Made by a program: the position numbers and the translations under genes. Positions 7,428 to 14,622 of a stretch of 64,000 nucleotides of DNA are shown here, in pieces. Source of the DNA: Candidatus Omnitrophota bacterium (GTDB lineage: Bacteria; Omnitrophota; Omnitrophia; Omnitrophales; Aquincolibacteriaceae); assembly GCA_041674705.1 (NCBI GenBank), contig JBAYVF010000001.1, positions 1,238 through 65,237 of the forward strand, given 5' to 3'. The notes beneath the pieces were generated by a model. The model saw only the letters and a list, made by a program, of their open reading frames with translations, made no database searches and was not told the origin of the DNA. Within the stretch, counting starts at the first letter, position 1; each line of letters opens with the position of its first letter.

Positions 7428-7663
7428 AGGATATGATATCCAACCATAACCGGACGCCGTCCACGGGGAGAGGTTAGAACCGTAACGACAGCGTCAAATT
7501 GTCATATCCCTCCAGACAGCGTCCCGTAAACTGTCTCGCTATGGTACAATTCCCGTATGATTCACCCCGTTAGAGATAGGAAGCGCTTTAAAAGCGCTTC
7601 CGTGACCGGGCGTCTAATTGTTATGAAAATTTTTACTCAGTTTGATTCCAGAGGATTGATAAC

Positions 7664-8908
7664 GTGAATGTTACTGCAATCTCTAACGGGGTAAAATTTC
7701 CTCAAAATTTCTTATGGGGCGCTGCGACGGCGGCGTATCAGGTGGAGGGCGGCAACGACCGTTCCGACTGGTGGCGATGGGAAAAGAAGGCCGGGAAAGA
7801 AAATTCCGGCGCTGCATGCCGCCATTATGATCTCTATGAGCTTGACTTCGAACTCGCCAAAGGGCTCGGCCATAACGCCCACCGTCTTTCGGTTGAGTGG
7901 AGCCGCATCGAGCCCGAAGAAGGGAAGTTCTCCGAATATGCCCTCAAACATTATGCGGGGGTCATTCTGGCCTTACGGGCGCGGGATATTGAGCCGGTGG
8001 TGACACTGCACCACTTTACAAACCCGGCCTGGTTCGCGGATCTTGGGGGCTGGCGGAATAAGCGATCTGTAGATTATTTTCTTCGTTTTTCAGAGCGTGT
8101 CGTTCGAACGCTTTCCCCGTATGTTCACACCTGGATCACGATCAATGAGCCGACGATTTATTTTTCCCACGCTTATTTTCTCGGAGCATGGCCGCCTGAG
8201 GAAAAATCGATCCGGAAGGCGATGGCCGTTAAAAACCACCTGGCCGCGGCGCACATCAAGACCTATCGCATGATCCATAAAGTTTACAAAGAATTAAACC
8301 TTCAAAAACCTTTGGTGAGTTTTTCCCAACACATGCAGGCCTTTGTGCCGTGCGTGCCAAGCGCGAAAAACAAATTCGCCGCGTTTTTGCGTCATCAGTG
8401 GTTCAATCTGGGACTGATCGATCAGTTCGTGCGGCAAAAGGCCCTGGATTTTATCGGGCTCAACTATTATTCGCGGCAGTTAGTAGAGCTCAAGCGGTGG
8501 GGCCTCAGGAATCTTTTCGCGGACGTCTGTGAAAACGGGCATCATCCGGTGAAAAAAAATTCTTTGGGCTGGGATATTTATCCGGAAGGGTTGCATGACT
8601 TGCTGCTCAAACTGAAAAAATACAACCTGCCCGTTATGATCACCGAAAACGGCATTTGCACTTCGGATGACAACTTGCGATGGGAATTCATCGCCCGTCA
8701 TTTGGAGGCTATTCATCGGGCCATGGAGAAAGGTGTGCCGGTCTCGGGGTATCTTTACTGGTCGCTTCTGGATAACTTTGAATGGGACAAGGGTTTTTGC
8801 CCGCGCTTTGGTCTGATCGAAATGGATTACAAAACACAGCAGCGGACGGTCCGGGAAAGCGCCGTCAAATTCAGCGAAGTTTGCAAAACGGGGATTTTAG
8901 GACAATGA
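7664..8908 (+). CDS. Beta-glucosidase, glycoside hydrolase family 1
   Basis: FLWGAATAAYQVEGG, TLHHFTNPAWF, ITINEP (acid/base Glu), ITENG (nucleophile Glu). Confidence 0.9.
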   Translation: MNVTAISNGVKFPQNFLWGAATAAYQVEGGNDRSDWWRWEKKAGKENSGAACRHYDLYELDFELAKGLGHNAHRLSVEWSRIEPEEGKFSEYALKHYAGVILALRARDIEPVVTLHHFTNPAWFADLGGWRNKRSVDYFLRFSERVVRTLSPYVHTWITINEPTIYFSHAYFLGAWPPEEKSIRKAMAVKNHLAAAHIKTYRMIHKVYKELNLQKPLVSFSQHMQAFVPCVPSAKNKFAAFLRHQWFNLGLIDQFVRQKALDFIGLNYYSRQLVELKRWGLRNLFADVCENGHHPVKKNSLGWDIYPEGLHDLLLKLKKYNLPVMITENGICTSDDNLRWEFIARHLEAIHRAMEKGVPVSGYLYWSLLDNFEWDKGFCPRFGLIEMDYKTQQRTVRESAVKFSEVCKTGILGQ

Positions 8909-9102
8909 ACACCACGAATATCTTCGCATCGATCATCTTTGGAAGTATTGGCTTGGGTGCGTTCATTTACGGAAAAAAACAGTCGAATCTCAAGGCCCTG
9001 GTGATAGGGGTGGTCCTCATGATCTATCCCTATTTTATGCAAAATCCCATTGCGCTTTTTGCGACCGGCACGGGACTTACCGTCCTGCTCTTTATCTTTT
9101 AA
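8905..9102 (+). CDS. Small two-helix membrane protein
   Basis: The ATG overlaps the GH1 stop codon (ATGA). The 65-aa product is hydrophobic (MNTTNIFASIIFGSIGLGAFIYG...). Confidence 0.45.
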   Translation: MNTTNIFASIIFGSIGLGAFIYGKKQSNLKALVIGVVLMIYPYFMQNPIALFATGTGLTVLLFIF

Positions 9103-9111
9103 TTAGAGAGA

Positions 9112-9840
9112 ATGATAATGCCTCAGATTAAAAAAAACGCCTGGGCCTTCTTCGGAATTTTTACCTTCCTGGGGCTCTTGCTTGGGGTCGCGGCCTATTT
9201 TGAAGGGGGCCGGCCTTTTCTTCATTTTTTGTGGAGCCGGTCGTTCCTGACGCTTCTCAAGATTCTCTTGATCGCGGCGTTCGGCTTGTGGATCCTGAAA
9301 TGGATCACGAAGAGAGTCCTGCCGCAGGGATGGCTCAAATGGATTTACGGGATCCTTTTTCTTCCGATCCTGCTCTTGCCCATTTTCCGGTGTTATTTCA
9401 AAGTGCCGTACATTTTTTGCCGCGCCTGTCCTCACAAGTGCCCGTGGGGCTTCTTGCGAAGTTTCGCGTTCCCGGCCTTCCTTCTTCTGAACCTTTCGAA
9501 TAAATTTTGGTGTACCGCCCTTTGCCCTTTTGGGACATTCCAGGAATGCCAGGCGCAGATTTCCCCCAAGCGATTTAAGCTTCCGTCCTGGAGCGCGCTT
9601 TTCGCCTATGTTGTTCTGCTCCTGGTGACCGGCCTGTATCTTTTCACCTTATTTGATGTGCCCGCGGTGGAGTTTTTCGAAATGGAGCGCTACGCCTGGG
9701 TGGAAGTATCCATCGGGGTAGCGGCCTTGATCCTTCTCGCGGCTTTTTTCATCCCGAAATTCTGGTGCCGGTATTTTTGTCCCGTGGGAACGATCGACGA
9801 GGTGATTTCGAGTTTTCGCCGCTCTAAATCACCCCTATAA
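9112..9840 (+). CDS. Membrane-bound 4Fe-4S binding protein (NapH/MauN-like)
   Basis: Several TM helices plus cysteine clusters CRACPHKCPWG, CTALCPFGTFQEC and FWCRYFCPVGT. Confidence 0.65.
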   Translation: MIMPQIKKNAWAFFGIFTFLGLLLGVAAYFEGGRPFLHFLWSRSFLTLLKILLIAAFGLWILKWITKRVLPQGWLKWIYGILFLPILLLPIFRCYFKVPYIFCRACPHKCPWGFLRSFAFPAFLLLNLSNKFWCTALCPFGTFQECQAQISPKRFKLPSWSALFAYVVLLLVTGLYLFTLFDVPAVEFFEMERYAWVEVSIGVAALILLAAFFIPKFWCRYFCPVGTIDEVISSFRRSKSPL

Positions 9841-9895
9841 AGAGGCTGTTTAATAGCTCGTATTTTGAGCCGATCTGTTCTATAATACGCACATC

Positions 9896-11152
9896 ATGCC
9901 TCATACAACGCCCTCTTTAGCACAGCCAACGCCGGCAAGTTTCTATGGATTGGGGATCGCCCCGCATATCCTGGAAACCCTTACAAGAATGAAGTTCCAG
10001 ACCCCCACGCCTATTCAGCAGAAGGCCATTCCGCTGGCCGTAGCAGGGCAGGATGTGATCGGGGTGGCGCAGACGGGGACCGGGAAGACCCTGGCATTCG
10101 GGATCCCGATGGTCCAGCGCCTGACCCAGACCAAAGGCCGTGGGCTGATCCTTATCCCGACCCGGGAACTCGCCTATCAGGTCCATCAAAGCCTTCATAA
10201 ACTTGACCCCAAGATCAAATTCGCGATCCTGATCGGCGGCGCTTCCATGCACAACCAGATCCAGGAGCTTCGCCAGCATCCTCGCATTATCATCGCCACG
10301 CCGGGCCGGTTGATCGATCATATGGAACAACGCTATGTTTTTCTGAGCGAAATCAGCATCCTCGTGCTGGATGAAGCCGACCGGATGCTTGATATGGGGT
10401 TCGCGCCCCAGATCCAGAAGATCCTTCGTTCGGTTCCCAAGGAACGGCAGACGATGCTTTTTTCGGCGACGATGCCCGATACCATTATGAAGATCGCGGC
10501 ATCCCAGATGAAATTGCCGGTTCATATCGAGATCGCGAAATCCGGGACCGTGGCGGAGAAGATCACCCAGGAAGTTTTTGTCGTGAAGAAAGAAGCGAAA
10601 AGGGATCTTCTGAAGAAGGTTCTCGCGCAATATCACGGAACGATCCTTATTTTCTCAAGGACCAAGATCGGAGCCTATAAGATCACCCGCGCGATCCGTG
10701 AAATGGGGCACAATGCCGCCGAGATCCACGCCGACCGTTCGCTTTCGCAAAGGCGGGAGGCGCTCGAGGGGTTTAAATCAGGGAAATATCGCATTCTCGT
10801 GGCGACTGATATTGCAGCGCGCGGCATAGATGTGAAACACATCGAACTCGTGCTGAACTATGATCTTCCGGATGATTCCGAGAATTTCATCCACCGGATC
10901 GGCCGTACGGGTCGCATCGGGGACAAAGGGCACGCGATCTCATTCGCGACGCCGGAGCAGGGCACCGACGTTAAAGATATCGAAAAGGTCATGCGTATGG
11001 CGCTTCCCGTTTCCGAACATCCCGAAATGAAACTCGAAAATTTTATCGAACACAAGCCCGTCAAGGTCGCGTCTTTCGGCGGCCGGCGCTTTGGCCGGGG
11101 GGGCCGCTCCCGCGGCTACATCGCCCCTGCCTTCAGAAAGTCTTCTCGCTGA
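9896..11152 (+). CDS. DEAD-box ATP-dependent RNA helicase
   Basis: Q-motif TPIQ, Walker A AQTGTGKT, PTRELA, DEAD (VLDEADRML), SAT, HRIGRTGR, RG-rich tail. Confidence 0.92.
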   Translation: MPHTTPSLAQPTPASFYGLGIAPHILETLTRMKFQTPTPIQQKAIPLAVAGQDVIGVAQTGTGKTLAFGIPMVQRLTQTKGRGLILIPTRELAYQVHQSLHKLDPKIKFAILIGGASMHNQIQELRQHPRIIIATPGRLIDHMEQRYVFLSEISILVLDEADRMLDMGFAPQIQKILRSVPKERQTMLFSATMPDTIMKIAASQMKLPVHIEIAKSGTVAEKITQEVFVVKKEAKRDLLKKVLAQYHGTILIFSRTKIGAYKITRAIREMGHNAAEIHADRSLSQRREALEGFKSGKYRILVATDIAARGIDVKHIELVLNYDLPDDSENFIHRIGRTGRIGDKGHAISFATPEQGTDVKDIEKVMRMALPVSEHPEMKLENFIEHKPVKVASFGGRRFGRGGRSRGYIAPAFRKSSR

Positions 11153-11177
11153 CCCTTCCATTCTCAGGGGATCCCTC

Positions 11178-11609
11178 GTGCGACTATGGAGCTTGCATCC
11201 CGGATATCTGGACTCGCAGGGCCTTGTAGCGCTCTGGCGTGAAGCGCTCCTGGCGCAGAAGGTCCTGACGGGGAAGACCCGCGGCTATAAAAACCATCCT
11301 CAGCTTGAACGCTTTAAAGAGTATGTTCATCCCTCCCAAGCTATCGCAGCCTATTTATTCTCAATTTGGGAAGAAGCGTGTCGCCGGGGATACCGTTTTG
11401 ACAGAGCGAAGATCGGAAGCCAAAGAACGGGACGGAGGATCGCGGTGGCAAAGGGACAACTTCGTTATGAATTCGAATGGCTTTGCTCGAAATTAAAAAA
11501 ACGCTCTCCCAAACAATACCGCAAGATCGCCTCTGTTAAAAAGATCCGGCCGCATCCTCTTTTCAGGCCGGTTTCCGGGCCGGTGGCGGATTGGGAACGG
11601 GTCCAATAG
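11178..11609 (+). CDS. Pyrimidine dimer DNA glycosylase / endonuclease V family protein
   Basis: RLWSLHPGYLDSQGLVALWREALLAQKVL...GYKNHPQLERF matches the bacterial Pyr_excise family. I prefer the in-frame GTG at 11178; the track start at 11091 overlaps the helicase gene. Confidence 0.65.
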   Translation: MRLWSLHPGYLDSQGLVALWREALLAQKVLTGKTRGYKNHPQLERFKEYVHPSQAIAAYLFSIWEEACRRGYRFDRAKIGSQRTGRRIAVAKGQLRYEFEWLCSKLKKRSPKQYRKIASVKKIRPHPLFRPVSGPVADWERVQ

Positions 11610-11705
11610 GTCCTGATGATCCGCTTTTTTTATTAAATGAGAATCAGGGCCTATGGAGCATAGGTCCTGATGACCCGTTTAGTTCTTCCATTATAAGAAT
11701 CAGGG
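11608..11705. repeat. Two tandem copies of a hairpin unit of about 45 bp (AGGTCCTGAT...ATCAGGG)
   Basis: Unit 1 at 11608-11652, unit 2 at 11662-11705. Both begin ataggtcctgatga and end gaatcaggg. Confidence 0.6.
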
Positions 11706-12086
11706 TTGATTCCGCCACAGGGAAAGAGTAGTCTTTTCGTAAATCCAGGGGGAACCGTCGTGGAATCCATAGTTAAGGAAGAGATCGAAACAAGCATTTC
11801 GGTGGACGTGTTTTCGGTGTCGGCGGCCATGGTGGGTGTTTGCCTTACGGTCATTCAGCTGATCCAGATGAATACGGCGCAGAAAGCCAATACCGTTGTC
11901 GATGAGATCCTGGCTTTTGACTCGATCGTTTTTATGATCGCCTGCGTGGCTTCCTTCCTCGCGCTTAAGAGTAAAAGACATTCCCGGTTCAAAAAAATAC
12001 TGGAAAATATCGGAGACGGCAGTTTTCTCCTCGCGATCTCCACGATGGTGGTGGCGATCACGCTGGTGGTGTATACGTTCATTTGA
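11706..12086 (+). CDS. Hypothetical membrane protein
   Basis: The ORF has several hydrophobic segments and no recognisable motif. The start is uncertain. Confidence 0.3.
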   Translation: MIPPQGKSSLFVNPGGTVVESIVKEEIETSISVDVFSVSAAMVGVCLTVIQLIQMNTAQKANTVVDEILAFDSIVFMIACVASFLALKSKRHSRFKKILENIGDGSFLLAISTMVVAITLVVYTFI

Positions 12087-12121
12087 TATTTTAAGGTTCT
12101 TCAGAGGAAAGGAGCTCCGCG

Positions 12122-12490
12122 ATGAAAAAAAATATTCTCGTAATCGATGATGACCCTTTCGCCCAAAAAATGATCGTGGCGGCCCTGGAAGGGGAAGGGC
12201 ACGCGGCGGTAGCTTCCCTGAATTTCAAGGATGCCCTTCAGAAAGCTCATCAGACACCTCCGGAGCTTGTGCTGATCGATGTGGTGATGCCGGACATCTC
12301 GGGGTTTGAGGCCTGCCGCCAGATCAAGGCGATGTTCCAGCCCCACCCGCCGCCGGTGATCGTGATGACCGGGAAACTTGACGCCGTCGATCCCGTTCTG
12401 GCCCGCAAAATGGGGGCCGATGATTTCGTGGTCAAGACCTCCGACATGGCTGTCTTGATTCAGGCCGTGAGGAAAATTCTTTTATCGTGA
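12122..12490 (+). CDS. Response regulator receiver protein (CheY-like, single domain)
   Basis: ILVIDDD...LVLIDVVMPDISG...VIVMTGK: acidic pocket, phospho-acceptor Asp and conserved Lys pattern. Confidence 0.88.
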   Translation: MKKNILVIDDDPFAQKMIVAALEGEGHAAVASLNFKDALQKAHQTPPELVLIDVVMPDISGFEACRQIKAMFQPHPPPVIVMTGKLDAVDPVLARKMGADDFVVKTSDMAVLIQAVRKILLS

Positions 12491-12497
12491 GAACGTT

Positions 12498-13970
12498 TTG
12501 TTGAACGCCAAAAATTTTTTCCAATCAAAGGTTTTCTTTTTAATTCCGCTGTTTTTCTTCATCGTGACCCTCTTCTCGGGGTTCCTGCTCGTTCGTTTTC
12601 TTGGAAATGTTGGAGAACGGTACCTTCGCGAACAGAGTGAAGACATTCTTGAAGCCATGACCTCGGGGATTCAAAATGAGTTTAAGTCAGCTCAATCTGC
12701 AGCGGGGGCCATGGCGGGGTCTCCCTGGGTCCTTCCCGTGTTTCTCAATCCAAATTCCGAGAATACCCCCAATGCCAATTCAGTTCTTGATCGCTACAAT
12801 ACCAACCTGAATTTTTCCGTTTGTTATCTTTTAGACCTCCAGGGCAATGCGATCGCTTCTTCCAACAGAAATTCCCCGGATAGTTTTGTCGGGAAAAATT
12901 ATGCATTCCGGCCCTACGTCGTGGAAGCTTTGCATGGAAGGCCTTCTTTTTTCATGGCGGCAGGAGTCACAAGCCAGGAACGCGGTTTTTATGCAGCCCA
13001 TCCTGTGAAGGATGACGAGGGAAAGATCGTGGGGGTAGCTGCGATCAAAAAGAATGTCGCGGAAGTCAAAGATGTTTTAGCGGGTTATCCCAACTCTTTT
13101 TTCATCAATCCTGACGGTATTGTTTTTATATCCGGTTCTAGAGAGATGGTTTTAAGAACCCTGTGGCCTCTCGGGAGTGAACAGGTTCGTGCGATCAAAG
13201 ATTCCAAGCAATTCGGCTTGGTGTCTTTTGACCCCATCCTCCCCAAGCCGGTCCACGATGGGATGAGAGGACAGTTCAGAGGGCATGCTTATCAGGCTTT
13301 TCGAAGGCCCCTGGGCCCCCCAGGGTGGTCGCTCGTGCTCTTGGCCCCCAGAAACGAGGTCTCTCATTTCCAGTTTTTGGGATGGATTATCACGGCGTTC
13401 ATGAGTGCGATCATTTTAATTCTGACCCTTTTGAGCTTTTTGCGTACCAAGGATCAGGAGCTTCTTAGGGAGAGTGAGGAGAAATACCGGAGCCTTTTTC
13501 TGAATTCCCGCGATGCCATGATGATTCTCGATCCTTCCTCCGGGAGGTTTGTTTCCGGGAACCCGGCGACGATCGCAATGTTTGGGATCCGGAAAGAAGA
13601 CGAATTCCAGTCTTTGGGGCCTTGGGACCTGTCTCCGGAACGGCAACCGGACGGGAGCCTTTCTGCTGTCAGAGCCAAAGAAATGATCGGGATGGCGATG
13701 CAAAAAGGGTTCCATTTTTTCGAGTGGACGCACAAGCGAGCTCAGGGCGAAAACTTTCCGGCTACGGTGCTTCTGACCCGTATGATTATGGGCGGGGAGA
13801 TAGTCCTTCAGGCCACCGTTAGGGATATTGCTCAAGAAAAACAGGCGAAGGAAGATTTGAAAAAGAAGATCGAGGAACTCGAACGTTTCAACAAGATTGC
13901 GGTCGGTCGGGAACTCAAGATGATCGAGCTCAAAGAAAAGATCAGAGTCTTGGAAGAGGGGAAGACATAG
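12498..13970 (+). CDS. Membrane sensor protein: Cache-like extracytoplasmic domain + TM + PAS + C-terminal conserved helix; no kinase domain
   Basis: N-terminal TM, a periplasmic segment of about 270 aa, a second TM, a PAS domain (SEEKYRSLFLNSRDAMMILD...FFEWTHKRAQGENFPATVLL...ATVRDIAQEK), and the ending KKKIEELERFNKIAVGRELKMIELKEKIRVLEEGKT. Confidence 0.75.
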   Translation: MLNAKNFFQSKVFFLIPLFFFIVTLFSGFLLVRFLGNVGERYLREQSEDILEAMTSGIQNEFKSAQSAAGAMAGSPWVLPVFLNPNSENTPNANSVLDRYNTNLNFSVCYLLDLQGNAIASSNRNSPDSFVGKNYAFRPYVVEALHGRPSFFMAAGVTSQERGFYAAHPVKDDEGKIVGVAAIKKNVAEVKDVLAGYPNSFFINPDGIVFISGSREMVLRTLWPLGSEQVRAIKDSKQFGLVSFDPILPKPVHDGMRGQFRGHAYQAFRRPLGPPGWSLVLLAPRNEVSHFQFLGWIITAFMSAIILILTLLSFLRTKDQELLRESEEKYRSLFLNSRDAMMILDPSSGRFVSGNPATIAMFGIRKEDEFQSLGPWDLSPERQPDGSLSAVRAKEMIGMAMQKGFHFFEWTHKRAQGENFPATVLLTRMIMGGEIVLQATVRDIAQEKQAKEDLKKKIEELERFNKIAVGRELKMIELKEKIRVLEEGKT

Positions 13971-14014
13971 CGAGGCCGGGCCCAAGGGTTTCATGATTTT
14001 CAGGAGATAGTGAC

Positions 14015-14620
14015 ATGACGAAGAACGACAAAACCAAAGAAGAGCTTCTTGCGGAGATCGCGTTCCTGCAAAAACAGGTTGCAGACTTTACGCAAGCAGG
14101 TGTCGAGCACAAGCGGGGGGAAGAGGCGCTGCGTAGTAGCGAGGAACAGCTCCGGGCGCTGGTGGATAATATCAATTTGGGCATTACGTATATCGACAAG
14201 GATTACAATGTTGTTTTCACCAATAAAGCCCAGGGGGAGCTGTTCCGGAGATCGCCTGCTGAATTTGCGGGGAAGCACTGTTTTTTCGAATTTGAAAAAC
14301 GTGACAGGATCTGCCCTCATTGTCCCGGGAAAATAGCAATGGCGACCGGGCGCAAAGCGGAGGCCCAGGCTACGGGCCGACGTCAAGATGGAAGCAATTT
14401 CCAGGCACGCATCGAGGCTTTCCCCTTTTTTCTGCGGGACGGGAAGATCGCAGGGTTCATCGAAGTCGTCGAAGACATCTCCGAGCGCAAGAAGGCTGAG
14501 AACGCATTGGAGCAGAAGATGGAAGAGCTTGAGAGTTTTAAAAAGATCGCGGTCGGCCGGGAGCTCAAAATGATCGAGCTTAAAGAAAAGATCAGAGTTC
14601 TGGAAGAAGGGAAAAAATAG
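14015..14620 (+). CDS. Cytoplasmic PAS-domain protein with the same C-terminal helix
   Basis: PAS domain (SEEQLRALVDNINLGITYIDKDYNVVFTN...CPHCPG...IEVVEDISERK). Ends EELESFKKIAVGRELKMIELKEKIRVLEEGKK. Confidence 0.75.
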   Translation: MTKNDKTKEELLAEIAFLQKQVADFTQAGVEHKRGEEALRSSEEQLRALVDNINLGITYIDKDYNVVFTNKAQGELFRRSPAEFAGKHCFFEFEKRDRICPHCPGKIAMATGRKAEAQATGRRQDGSNFQARIEAFPFFLRDGKIAGFIEVVEDISERKKAENALEQKMEELESFKKIAVGRELKMIELKEKIRVLEEGKK

Positions 14621-14622
14621 CG

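Noticed and set aside
3950-7441. Calling the AT-rich island a defined mobile element (integrative element, prophage remnant or transposon)
   Set aside because: No integrase, transposase or recombinase ORF, and no flanking direct repeats or tRNA boundary that I could find by eye. Only the compositional shift supports foreign origin, so I report it as an island and not as a mobile-element feature.
7579-7601. Hairpin ggaagcgc-tttaaaa-gcgcttcc as terminator of the island
   Set aside because: It lies about 150 nt beyond the last island gene, has no T-tract, and sits close to the GH1 gene start. Its function cannot be inferred.
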